64,000 bases of DNA, from assembly GCF_009914755.1 (NCBI RefSeq), contig NC_060926.1; one strand, given 5' to 3'. Position 1 is the stretch's first letter. The number at the start of each line of letters is the position of its first letter. The translations under genes were made by a program, and so were the position numbers. The DNA comes from the human T2T-CHM13v2.0 reference genome, Homo sapiens. Positions 43,497 through 58,709 of this stretch are shown in pieces. The notes beneath the pieces were generated by a model. It was not told the DNA's origin, ran no database searches, and saw only the letters and a program-made list of their open reading frames with translations.

Positions 43497-44925
43497 GTGA
43501 GTCTCATCAAATACACGTGTGGGGGAGGAAAAGGGAAGAGGGGAAGGAGGAGGATAGGGACCAATTTAAAAAGCATGGTGTAGCATCCTGCCACTGCCAG
43601 CAAGGAGCATATGCCCCCAGGGAATGTCTGGGTCTGGCGTCCTCAGTGGGCCTCAGTACTGTACAGTCATGTACATATGCCACATGCACTGCGCTGCCCC
43701 GATGGTGCTCTAAGGAACTGACTATAAGCAAACTTTAGTATCTAGCCCCTAGCATAATATGTGATTTCCCCCGAATTCAATACTTAATACTTGAGTGAGC
43801 CTGATTCCCAGGTGAAAACGCTGATGAGTGCAGAGGCATAGATTAGGGTATTAGGCAGCTACATCTTAAGAATTTAAGAACAGTGGTACTCATTCAGCTT
43901 AAAAAGCTGCTTCTGTGGAATTTGCATGATTTCTCTTTCATGGACATACTCACTGGTGGGCTACAACTGTTGGCATTAAAAATCCAGCACCAAAATCTAG
44001 ATGAGATGCTTTCATCATCTAAATCTCAAAACACTGAATACGAGATAAAATTACACAAATAAGTCTTTAAAACTTTCTCACAGAAAAATTATAACAAGGA
44101 TTTCAAAAGATTCTGAAGGGAAATAAAGGCAAGTATGATACAAAATCCGTCTAATAGTATATAAGTAAAATCCCAAGATATCATATCTATCTATGACATC
44201 TCTCTCTCCATATCTACATCTAATTTTAACCAAAAGAAATCTCCTTGGGAATAAGTCTGATTAATGGCTTCTAAAAATGACTGAGGAAATATTTCCTCCT
44301 GAATTTCCTTATTCAGTCTTTACTCATTACTCTCAAAATAACACAATAGGAGCCTAAAGAAGCTAAATGACCTATTTCTTCAGAGAATCCATTTCTTAAA
44401 GGGAAAATGAAATATTCCCACTTCAGGTGGAATCACATTTATATAACCTGTGCATTTTTTTTGAAGTGTATTGAGTAAAGTGAGCGCTTTTTTGTTTTGG
44501 TAAGTTTTTTTTTTCTTTTTTTTTGTAAATGGAATCATTTTAAGTATGCTGAGAGCTTACTATCTTAAAGGAACACTTAAATCCTTTCATAATGAAAATT
44601 GAGTATATTAAATGTGTGTGCTTGCATACACGAGCGCACACACACACTTAAGTGACTGTTAGTTCAGTGCCAAAAGACTTACAGAAACAGGGATTTAAGC
44701 ATACTAGGCATCCAGAAAAGGTTATGGGGATCTACAAAGCGCCTACTTGGGAGAAAATGTTGTGTTTCTTGTGGTAACATAAGTGAATGCATAGAACAAA
44801 CCGTTTTAGAGCACCGCCAGGCTATTATAGAGGGTTAAGTGCAGGAGTAAATGATTCAGACAAGGACTCCTCACCCTGTGGCCAGGTAGTCACAAGGGGG
44901 GGATCCTTTAAAAAGGTAAGCTCTG

Positions 44926-45344
<419 letters not shown>

Positions 45345-45475
45345 TCAAAGGAGAGAAATGAATATGGTCTGGCCTTGAGACCTCTCTCAAACCTAACCAT
45401 GTCTTCTAGTAATACGAATCCTGTCTTAATCTGCTTAGGATACACCTTAAACAAATTAAGTCATGATTTCATACA

Positions 45476-45672
45476 CAGGTATATATCGGATGGAGGGTTT
45501 GGTTTCAGACCACTGCAATAAAGCGAGTCACACAAATATTTTGGTTTCCTAGTGCATATAAAGTCATGTTTATATTGTAGTCTACTAAGTGTGCAATAGC
45601 ATTATGCCTAACAACATGTAGAAAACTTCTTTATTGTAAAAAAAAAAATGCTAGCAATAGTTGAGGCTTCAG
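45476..45672 (-). mobile_element. Tigger1 terminal fragment
   Basis: CAGACCACTGCAATAAAGCGAGTCACACAAAT...AAGTGTGCAATAGCATTATG. Confidence 0.85.
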
Positions 45673-45724
45673 CTAAGGTCTGTGGGAAGTGGTTGGTTTC
45701 TAGTGAGACTGTACTGTGGAAAGG

Positions 45725-45850
45725 CAGCCTGTGTAGAGGTTATAAGCACCAGCTTTAGAATCTGACTGCTAGGGTATAAATCCTGTCTCTACCACTTATC
45801 AGCCATGTAATCTTGGGCAAGTTACTTGACTCCTCTGGGCTTCAGTGTCA
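45725..45850 (+). mobile_element. MIR
   Basis: CTCTACCACTTATCAGCCATGTAATCTTGGGCAAGTTACTTGAC. Confidence 0.8.
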
Positions 45851-45864
45851 TTGATAGATTTTTT

Positions 45865-47080
<1,216 letters not shown>

Positions 47081-47081
47081 A

Positions 47082-47370
47082 TTTTTTTGAGACGGAGTCT
47101 TGTTCTGTCTCCCAGGCTGGAGTGCAGTGGCACCATCTCGGTTCACTGCACCCTCTGCCTCCTGAATTCAAGTGATTCTCTTGCCTCAGCCTACCTAGTA
47201 GCTGGGACTACAGGTGTGCACCACCATGCCCAGCTAATTTTTGTATTTTTAGTAGAGAAGGAGTTTTACAATGTTGGCCAGGCTGGTCTCAAACTCCTGA
47301 CCTCAGGTGATCTGCCTGCCCCAGTCTCTCAAAGTGCTGGGATTACAGGCATGAGCCACCACGCCCAGCC
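47082..47370 (-). mobile_element. AluSx
   Basis: CCTGACCTCAGGTGATC. Confidence 0.92.
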
Positions 47371-47380
47371 TTTATTACTA

Positions 47381-47651
47381 TTTTTTTTTAAGATGGAGCC
47401 TCTGGTGTGTGGTGGCGCGATCTCCGTTCACTGCAACCTCTGACTCCCTGATTCAAGCGATTCTCCTGCCTCAGCCTCCTGAGTAGCTGGGATTACAGGT
47501 GCCCACCACCACGCCCAGCTAATTTTTGTATTTTTAGTAGAGACAGGTTTCACCATGTTGGCCAGGATGGTCTCGATCTCCTGACCTCGTGATTCACCCG
47601 CCTTGGCCTCCCAAAGTGCTGGGATTAAGGGCGTGAACCATCGTGCCCAGC
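47381..47651 (-). mobile_element. AluSc-like, with a small right-arm deletion
   Basis: TTGGCCAGGATGGTCTCGATCTCCTGACCTCGTGAT. Confidence 0.9.
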
Positions 47652-47770
47652 TGTGCATGGTTGCTTTCATACTAGCATGGCAGAATTTTGTAGTTGCAAC
47701 AGAGACCATATGACCGTCAAAGAGTAAAACGCTTACTATCTGACCCTTTATAGAAGGTTTGCTGACCCCT
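47652..47770. mobile_element. MER58 terminal fragment
   Basis: AGTTGCAACAGAGACCATATGACC...TTACTATCTGACCCTTTATAGAAGGTTTGCTGACCCCT. Confidence 0.8.
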
Positions 47771-47954
47771 TATATAATGGAAAAGAAATTGAGATTGGAG
47801 AGGTAAAATTAGCTCCAAGTTTTCAGAAGCAGACAAAACTCATTTTGAGTCTTTGCTCAGTTTGTTACTAGATAGAGCTCTCTGACCTTTGCTAGAAATT
47901 ATTTAAAAGGAAAGTGAATGTGAAAATGTCCAGCAAACTGGTTGGTACACTTTA

Positions 47955-48370
<416 letters not shown>

Positions 48371-49048
48371 TCAAATGACGCTTGAATTCAGGAATAAACT
48401 TTAGCCACACACACGTACATACACACATATAAATATATGTATATATATTTTGGGGTACCTATTTTCAATATAAGGACTCTTAAGCATCAAACATATCCTA
48501 AAATAATCGGTCTTCAGAGACCCCTCCCACACAGATGCTTTTATTTTTCCCAAAACAAGCATGAATTGACTTAGAGGCTGGCTCAAAGATATAACGGCAC
48601 CCTCCAGCATGGTGAATGCACTCAAGAGGGAATTGTCCCTTACCACAGCTTCCATTCCTTGCACCTGGCTCCAACCCCTAGGACATCAGATACTTGGATG
48701 GGTAGATGGATGAACCACCATTCTGGATAGTAATTTTCGTGGTTCCCAAGCAGCTTTTTTACTCTCAGTGGATGAAAACCAATACGGGGGAAGAGAAGGG
48801 AGGCAGAGGTGTTACTTACCTCTGTATAATAGACATGTAGGATCCTCAACTCCAGCCCAGGTAGACTCTTATTGGGGATTAAATTTGATCTAACATGTGA
48901 CGTCTCTGGAACAGGAGCTGGTAAATGGCAGACTCCAATTTCATTAGGGGTCAAGGAGCTAGAATAAAGTTACCCTTCATGTTATCTGTTTCCTTGAATT
49001 TTCTTAGCCCTGGACATTAAATTCTGTTCTTTAAAAGTCGCTCATTGA

Positions 49049-49346
49049 GGCCGGGTGCAGTGGCTCACCTCTGTAATCCCAGCATTTTGGGAGGCTGAGG
49101 CGGGCTGATCATGAGGTCAGGAGATTGAGACCATCCTGGCTAATACAGTGAAACCCCGTCTCTACTAAAAATACAAAAAATCAGCCGGGCATGGTGGTGG
49201 GCGCCTGTAGTCCCAGATCCTCGGGAGGCTGGGGCAGGAGAGTGAATCCGGGAGGTGGAGCTTGCAGTGAGCCGAGATCTCACCACTGCATTCCAGCCTG
49301 GGCTACAGAGCGAGACTCTGTCTCAAAAGAAAAAAAAAAAAAAAAA
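49049..49346 (+). mobile_element. AluY-like
   Basis: GAGACCATCCTGGCTAA and GGAGCTTGCAG; degenerate TSD. Confidence 0.9.
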
Positions 49347-50054
49347 GGTTTCTCATTGGAATTGAAAATTTCTTCCTATGACGTGTCTGAGAATATGAAG
49401 TAATGAAAAGTGGGCTGGGTCAGCCTTGGCCTGAAGTGATGCTTACATGAATTAACCATCTCTGGAGGGATACTCGTGTCAAAGTAGGAGTTTATTCATG
49501 CTTGACTCTCCAGTGTGATGTCTGGGATTGCTTGCGCCAGCTCTGAGGAGGGCGTGCTTGTCTTTCTTTGTGAAATAATAGAATATGGATGAATCCGTTT
49601 CCCCATGAAACCATTTCTGTTGAACTAAAATACAAAGGAAAATCGGTGACCTTGAATTAGGCTTGTTTGCAGTGTTATTAGCTTTCAAAGGCCCTTTCAT
49701 TTCCATTTAATGATTTTTCTTCTGAACAAACTATTGTAAGAACCTAATGCAATTTTTCAAAACCAACGTCACAAACGTGGTTATTATTTTGTAGCTAATT
49801 TGGTTAGAAAACTATGAGGCCCTATGTATTAAAACGTCATGCCATCACTTCTCAGAATGGCACTTTTAAAAACTGGATTTTAGTCTTCTGGATAACGATT
49901 TCTTGAACTACTGTTATCAAGAATAAGTGGTATTTTTCATGATCTTTCTTGTCTGGAGAGTTCGTGACAGGAATTTTGTGCATGAAGGATGCCTGTGTCG
50001 TTGAATGTGTTCTTGCATCCATCTTGCTCTTACTCAGATGTCTGAAGCTATACA

Positions 50055-50180
50055 TGTCAACTTACTCATTCAACATGTATTTATAAAAGTGTCCATTATA
50101 GGCTAGGCACGGTGCTGTTCTGGGGGTCATCAATGGAAAAAACAGACTATAAAATCCCTGCCCTCCTGTAGCTAACATTC
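50055..50180 (-). mobile_element. L2 3' end
   Basis: CTCATTCAACATGTATTTAT...AGGCACGGTGCTG...ATCCCTGCCCTCCTGTAGCTAACATTC. Confidence 0.7.
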
Positions 50181-50356
50181 TTTTAAAATACTGATGGCAG
50201 AATTTTAAAACACTGATGGCAGAATTGGAAAGAATGCCCCCGATACAAGCAAGAATGAAATACAGTTTTTATTTTCTGCATCTAAAAATCACAATAAGTA
50301 ACTTACCTCGTACTTCTAAGAGTTTGAATTTTTTTAACTTGGTAATAATTTTAGTA

Positions 50357-50630
50357 GGCAGGGTGCAGTGACTCACGCCTCTAAGCCCAGCACTTTGGGA
50401 GGCTGAGGCGGGCAGATCGCTTGAGCCCAGGAGTTTGAGACAAGCCTGGTCAACATGGTCAAACCCCATCTCTACAAAAAAATAAAAAAATTAGCCAGAC
50501 ATGGTGGCATGTGCCTATGGTCCCAGCTACTCGAGAGGCTGAGATGGGAGGATCACTGAGCCCTGGGAAGGTCGAGGCTGTCATCATGCCACTGCACTTC
50601 AGCCTGGGCAACAGAGTGAGACCCTGTCTC
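50357..50630 (+). mobile_element. AluJ
   Basis: GATCGCTTGAGCCCAGG; GGAGGATCACTGAGCC. Confidence 0.92.
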
Positions 50631-50631
50631 A

Positions 50632-50668
<37 letters not shown>

Positions 50669-50700
50669 GCTACTACTACTACTACCAATAATAATAATAA
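50632..50700. repeat. (TAC)n followed by (AAT)n microsatellite in the Alu tail
   Basis: Direct read; one TGC interruption. Confidence 0.95.
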
Positions 50701-52659
50701 TTTAGTTGCTCTGATAAAAGGCCATGTTACTTTACTTATGGCTACTATTTGAGTGCCCACTGTGTCTCACACCCTGTGCTGAGCGTTCCCATTTACCCCA
50801 TTTGGCAGATGAAAACTACAGCATGTTCTCAACTCAGTAGAGAGACACACTCTTACACATGGAATCTTAAAAAGGTTTTAATTAGTCACTTACACCAAGT
50901 TCTGTGATAGTTCCACAGTGACTGAATCCAAACTGCGCAGAATTGAGAGTAGTGGGCAAGAGTCAACGATGGGTTTCCAGTTCTGGAAACTTGGGAGACT
51001 GGGGTGAAACAGGTCCCCTCTTTCCTGCCCACTTACTCCTCCAAACACCAACTTGCTGGATGAAATATTACATATGATCCTCATTGAAAGAGAAAAAACT
51101 TGGAAAGAGAACAGAAGGGAGAGGAAAAAGATGAAACTGAAGGGGAAGGGAGTTGTTCTTAACCACAAGAGCAAAACAAAAGCCAGAGCTCCGTGTGAGC
51201 TGCCATAGTGTGGTGTCTGTAGTTTCTGTATGGCCAGGAAGTGCCCTTGGAAGCAAGTTTCATGAACATAAATGATCAAAGCCAACTAAACTGGTCAATT
51301 AGTCAAACTTGGCTTCCTTAGAAAAGAATAGGACCTCAATTTAGCCCTATTTGTCAGCTAGAGGAGTCAATGCAATTGAGGGGTAAGGGGTTGACAGTGG
51401 TAATAAATCATTGGGCTTTTTTCTCGGCTGTATCTTTGCCTCATACCTTCGTCAAGCCACCCTAGACCCTCCTCTAGCAGCTCCAAGCCCCTTTTGTTTG
51501 TTGTCACTTCTATTTAAGCCTTTGCCTTAGGTACCAATTAGTGAAGTGATTATCTTAAAGTTGCCATTGTCAATGCTTTGGAGAACGCCTTGCATTTTGA
51601 CCAAGCTGGTGAGGGAATTGTTAAGTTAAAGATGAACTCTGCATGATTAAGGTATCAAAACGGCTTGAAGACTGCCATTTTAATGCACCTTTCACAAGGC
51701 TGTGCAACTCTATACTTAAATAAGTGGCCAGTTTTGTTTTTAAGTGACGAGCCACATGGAGAAAATACTTCCAGGATTTCAATTTTGAAACAATTGAAAT
51801 TCTCCTCCTCTTAGAGTGTTAGCTCCTGTGTGTGTGAAATACAGCTGGTCACCTCTCCCTGTGGTGCTGACTCTCCACTCACGGACCGGGCACCATCTGA
51901 GATGTTTGACAGAACATTCTGAGGAAATGGAAATGATGAAATCACATTGAATTCAACAGTAGAATGATAGGCCATTTAATGCAGCCTTAATCTTGTGGCT
52001 CAGTTGGTGTGGTGTAATATTAGGCTTGCCTTCTACCTTCCAAATCCCTTGATAGTATAAACTAGCAAATTAAGACTTACCCTGAAAATGACTGTGTGCT
52101 ACACTACAAGAAAGGTAGAATGCTCCAGGAGCAGTACAGATAGAGGTAGTAACATTTTGCCATCTGGCAAAGCCACTAGACCAGATGGATTCATTAATGA
52201 CTTCTCTAAAGTATTTAATCAGACATTACTGAAACACATGACTGGCATATTTAATTATCCTAAATTAACAGGACTTCTGCCAGATACAACCCTCAATGCT
52301 TGAGTCATACTCCTTGCTTAAAGAGAGGAGGAAAAAAGGATGACTAGCTCCAGAAAGCTGGATTTCACATAGACCTCTCTCATTAGTGAAACTTCTCATT
52401 AGCAAATTGTTGTGTTACAGTCTTAGGCAGTATTTCTTCTTTTTCAAAGAATGCACTGTAAGACTAGCCATGCTGATCAAATTCTTTTATCAGTAGCAAT
52501 TATACTGGTGAGAACCTCTGCGAGTTGATAAATGTGATATAGCCATCAGACAACCCTGCCCACTTCCTGCCTGTGGAAGACTTCTAAACCAACAGATGCC
52601 TTCTTGTGTCAGTTAATCAATTTATATTTCTCCAGGATCACTTTTGTTTTAATCTTTGT

Positions 52660-54050
52660 ATTTGTATCAGAACAATGGAGACACAAAATAACAGAAAGCA
52701 TTATAATGTAAATTTGCCCCTGCTCTAGTCTTTCCTATCTGCAATCTACTTTTCAAAGGAACACTTCTAATTTTCAGGACTGTTCTCTCTGCTGGTTACT
52801 TCCACATCTCAAAACAGTATGGTTAATGGCTATTTCTTATTTTCTTTAGACATGTTGACTTCCTTTTAACATACATGAGGATGTAGCTTAGGTATACCAT
52901 TCTTACATCACTTTTCTTCTCCTCCCTGAGGGTTATTTTATTTTTTATTCCCTTAACGTTTACCTTTGTAGCTTTAGGTTATATTTTCATACCTTTTTAT
53001 TTTTGGGATTGTCAACTAGAAACAGTATGTCTTGGCTCCTAACATATGTTGAAGGTATTAGTGACTTGAGTATTCCACTGAATGCTCCAGAGTTCTTTCA
53101 CTCAATGTAATATTTTTGAGATTCATCCATGCTGTGGATGTCACTAGTTCCATTTCTGTTTATGGCTGAGAACAATTCCATTGCATGAATAGATGATAAT
53201 CTATCCATTCACTTGTTGTACGTGTGACCTATTTCCGATTTCTGGCTCTTTTAAATCTGTGAAGACTTGTATGCAAGTCTTTGTTTAGACATTTCCTTTT
53301 GGTTTCCCTTGGATAAATTCTGAAGAGTGGAATTGCTAGATCATAATGGTACGCATATGTTTATAAGCAACTGCCAAAAGACTTTTCAAAGTGATTTATC
53401 ATTTTACATTTCCTATTAGCAATATATATGCATTCCAGTTGCCCTGTGTCTTTAGCAACACTTGGTATTATCAGTCTTTTTAATTTTAGTTGTCCTTAAC
53501 ATTGTTCAAGTCTTCCAGCATATTTTAAATTAAGTTGTGTTCTTATTAAATTATAAGCATTTTTATATATTCTGGGTAGAACTTTGGTGATTTTGTTGTT
53601 TTTTTCTTTTCATTCTCCTAGTCTGTGTTTTGCATTTTCATTTTCCTAATAGTGTCTATCAAAGACCAGAAGTTTTTATTTTTAAAGTCCAATTTCTCCT
53701 TTGTGTAATGGTTCATGCTTGTTTGTTCTCTAAGAGACCATTATCTTTCAGAGGTCACAAAGATTTTCTTATATTTTTTTCTATCAATTACTTGGTTTAG
53801 CTCTTATACTTTTTGAGTTTTTTTGCATATGGTAAAAGGGAAGAGTAAGGTTCACTTTTTTCCATATGGATACCTAGTTGTTCCAGCACTGTCTGTTGAA
53901 AAACAATCCTTTCCCCTGATGAGTTATCTTAACACTTTTGCTGGAAATGAGTTGATCATATAAATGTGGGTCTCTCTATGGATTCAATTCTATACCATTG
54001 ATTTGTATGTCTATCCTTATAGCAATATTCTGTCTTAATTCCTTTTAATA
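52660..54050 (-). mobile_element. Old L1M 3' fragments
   Basis: TTTTTGAGATTCATCCATGCTG; AGAGTGGAATTGCTAGATCAT; TAGTTGTTCCAGCACTGTCTGTTGAAAA. Confidence 0.75.
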
Positions 54051-54093
54051 AAGACTTTAAGCAGAACTTCTACTTTTGTTAACATTTTTTCTG

Positions 54094-54156
54094 ACATATA
54101 CATGTATGTATATACATATATATGTGTGTATGTATATATACATGTATGTATATATG
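54094..54156. repeat. Alternating purine-pyrimidine low-complexity (TA/TG/CA) tract
   Basis: CATATACATGTATGTATATACATATATATGTGTGTATG... Confidence 0.85.
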
Positions 54157-54294
54157 TCTATATTTTAGATCTTTTCTCCTTAGGGAGGCATCTTCAGATA
54201 ACTGATCTTGTCCATTCCAAATGGTTTTTACCAGTTTAAATCACAGAGAATAGTCTTATTTTTAAATTCAAGGAGAGTTCACCATAGCTCTCTA

Positions 54295-54895
<601 letters not shown>

Positions 54896-54936
54896 TGAGA
54901 AACTGTTCTTTGCCAGTAAGTAGAGGAGACAGGTTT

Positions 54937-55877
54937 CAGTGATGCACTTGTCACGGAACAAACAGCTCTCCAGGAGAAAAAAAATTATGCATACGCATTA
55001 ATAAACTTATACACTTTACTGACATAAATAATATATAATGCACAACTTACAAATAATAAAGTGTCATACTTTTTATTCCACATGGCCAATCAATTCTGAT
55101 AGAATGCTTTTATTGATTTTTTTTTTCCTCTTTTTCTAAACTCCTATATCTGTGGTCAGTCTATGGTTGCAGTTTAAGCATGACTTGACAAAATCAAATG
55201 AGGAATAAATTCTTGATTACCATCTGGTTCAGCAAAGAAGTTGTTCACATCATTGGCAAATGATTAAAGTTCCAATATGTATATGTTTTACATTTTCCTT
55301 ATTAATGTAAATAAAGCTATCAGCCAACATTTGTGTTGGAACTACACTTGTTGGTCAGTGATGTGAGAGAATATTGAGGACGTTTTCTCAATTTTATATA
55401 TTCACAATGTAACAGCTACAGAGTGACACGCTTTTATGTTTATTCTGCATTATCAACATTTTATCCTATCTCTTAAGTCTAGACAATCAACAAAACAATA
55501 AATTAAGCCCTGATTTGTAGCACTTAGTGATTTCCATGATGTAAATATACCCACTATGGCTGACTTCAAGCCACCAATGTGACATCATTGAAAATGGAGT
55601 TGGGAAGAGGTGTGGAGTAACACACCATCTATGGTATTTCTACCATATGGATAGGATAGCAATAAATAACCTCACAACTATAGACAACAGTGAAATGTAG
55701 TAAAATAATTACCAAGTGACGAGCTTTCAGTATGTATTACCTTTGCTTTTAATATAATTTATGTAATTGTAAATCAATATAATACCTAACAGTGGCTGTG
55801 ATTAACTGGTTTACAAAGTTGCTAAAACTTAATCAGTTTTTGGTGGCCAGTCTAAGCTGGCTCCAATCATGCCACTG
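54937..55877 (-). mobile_element. MER63C/D-like hAT-Blackjack element, near full length
   Basis: Termini CAGTGATGCAC / CATGCCACTG; internal AAGCCCTGATTTGTAGC and GGAGTTGGGAAGAG. Confidence 0.8.
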
Positions 55878-57856
55878 TATGGCTGTATTTTTAACCATTC
55901 TTTTATACGAAGGTATTGCTGGAATATAGTTTCATACCAGTAAGTATAGCATACAGTTATGGCAAGGTATTAAGTTTATTTTACTAAATCACATTCTCAT
56001 TAGATGCACCACTCATCAAGCTTGTTAAAGTCCAGTTTTAGGGACCCCCCCTGCTTAACTATGGATTATACGGGTTCTGTGGGGTTCACACAATTCAGGA
56101 AAATGGCAATGAATTTTGCTGTTTTGTCCATGTTGCTGTCATTCCTGTTTGTGCTGCCCAAGCCCACCAGGAAGGCAGGGCCCTCTCTGTGGTGTCAAGA
56201 TCACAGTTGTGGTGGGGTACTGAAGTGCTAAGCGCATCTCTTGGGACCAGGACTGGAACACAGCCATCCCCATCTGAGGTTCCACTACCTCCAGGCCACT
56301 GTTCAAATCAGGCCTGCCTTTGCCTTTTCTGCCTTGCAGATGAACATCCACTGAGGTTGGGTCACTCCCCCTTCAATCCCCAAAGCAGCAACCTCCCCTT
56401 CTGTCGTCAGACAATGCAACCTAATTTTGATGTGCCTCTGCCTCTGACATGGAAAAGCTGCTCTCAAGGTTATCTTCAGGGCAGGGAGGGAGAAGGCTTT
56501 CATGCTTTCCTGGTGAGACTTTTTTTTTTTCCAAAAACAAAACAAAAACAAAAAAAACTAAACATATAAATTATTACTGAGAGAATCACTGAAGCAGCCT
56601 GGGCAAAAATGAAATGAGGCTTAAGAATTGTGAACATTTTTTAAATGCTGCACTTGGAACAAGTGCTCATAAAATTTTTTGCCTCAAGGAATCAAGAATG
56701 ATTAATATTGATGAGTGTTTTGTTGTTGTTGTTAAACTTCATAAGCAAGGCTGTTTCCTTCCATGACCCTTTTGATTCTCATCTTTTCTTTTTCACAAGA
56801 TGTTTGGAAATCTTCGTGATCTCATGTGACATCAGGAAGACATGCTTTTCCCTCCTGGCATGCTAGAGAAACAAATCAATTTCTTCTCCCAGATAGGTTG
56901 ATGAAAGTCCTTCTCTGCAGTGCTTTCTATTGCTATGGTAACAGAAGATGGGATTTCCCAACAGAACTAGGTTTATATATTAAAAAACAGTTCTTTCAAA
57001 ACTTGATCCTTTTTTTGTTGCCATATATAAAATACAATAAATGGAATAAACTGAGTACCAAAGGAAAAACAGTCACACCAAAACTTTTTATGTAGGTGTG
57101 GAATGAGACTTTCATTGTCTTGAGACTCGCAATGAAAGGGAGTCAACTGTAAAAGTTTTAATATTGTGACAGTGCTGTCGTAGCTAAAATAACTTGCAAA
57201 AGTTGCAAGTCTTCTTAGAAAAGCAAAGAATTAAATATATGGACTCTCAATAGGCAGATAGACTTAAAATAGAGATAAGTAGTGTCCATACTTCCAGTCA
57301 TAACATGGTAAAGAAGATGACAAGAAGCCCAAGGTAGAATAAGCATTTTGTGTGATGGTGGCACTCTCCGCTTCTGTGACTTGCGCTATGGGAGGACACA
57401 ATAGTTGGCCATTTCTCATGAGATCTTATCAAAAGCCCAGGGATTCAGGGGACAGGGTTCTTTGCATCACAGTCCCTCAATTATATGCAAAGACCTGACC
57501 TTTTAATCTGCTGGTTGACTAACAGCGTGGCTGGAGGGTGACTTCTGAGGCTCAGAGCACTCAGAAAGGAGCAGAGAGCAATTGTGAGGTAGGTAGAAAA
57601 GGATGGACTTGGTTTCATTTGGGGAAAATTCAAACATAATACTTACCTGTCATTTAAAATGCTTCTGAACTAAAATTCCAAAGATGTGTGGAATTTTATT
57701 TATTAAATAAATACTTATTAAATAAATCTGTAACTCCACCATTATTGATACCTTCTATTCTCTTGCAAATCTAGTGAGTAAAGTTCGTGAGCTTTTCTCC
57801 TTTTTTGAGGCTTAACGTGCTTTTGAAATGACATCACAAATTTAAAATAGAAGTAA

Positions 57857-57921
57857 ATGCCATTTGGCTGTGCCCTGGATGAGACATGGATGCCATTTGG
57901 CTGTGCCCTGGATGATACATG
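57857..57921. repeat. 33-bp tandem duplication, 2 copies
   Basis: ATGCCATTTGGCTGTGCCCTGGATGA(G/T)ACATG at 57857 and 57890. Confidence 0.95.
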
Positions 57922-58709
57922 TCACTGCTGAAAGGGGTGGAGTTTCTGGGAAGCTGATGGGAAAGGTAACAAATAGTAAAGTGAATAAAGGTGGTTCTCT
58001 GTTCTTGCTATTCTTGACATGGACATAGATAAATGGTAACATTATGAGTCACTCTAAGCAATCATGTTACATCAAGCCAGAGAGGTGATGTCACAGACTC
58101 TGGCTCATGAAAGGAGAAAAAGCTCACTTTCTTAATGTACCCAAATGGCAAAGGAGGACTGGAGAAAGGGCTGTAAAGAGATGATTTAACAAACAGTGTG
58201 AAGGAACTTCTGGCAAGAAAAAAAAATTGCAATGTGAACTTTTTAGTAAATGTGGTAAATTTATGGGCTTCAATATGAATGAGAAGAACAATAACCAGCA
58301 TAAAAATACTTTAAATCCAAAATGTGAGGTGTTTTGGGGTAGCACTGCTTATTGAGTAACTAAGGCTCGTAAGTTATTTGAAGACTTGTTGAAATCTGTT
58401 AATTCCATTCCCCCCAACCCCGTCATTCAAAGAACTGCAATAAATCAGGAATTATGGAATTAGAACAACTGCTCGGAGCAGTGATTTATTATTTGCTTCT
58501 GGATGCTTCAGAATCTCAAGAATCTAACAAGTATCTCAAGGATTTTAAAATAGAAGCTGTGATCACAGCAAAATAGTATAATTTATATCTCTTGAAAGTG
58601 TTTCTGGCCTTCCAGGGGAAATATGCTCATTCTTCATTTTCTAGTCCCTGGGTAGAACCTCTTGCCTATTGCAGGGGGAGAGGCAATATGGCAGCCAAGA
58701 TGGTTGGCA

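Noticed and set aside
43555-43740. GC-richer unassigned stretch after the THE1-like LTR
   Set aside because: No recognisable RNA family, coding homology, TSD or tail; nothing supportable without a search.
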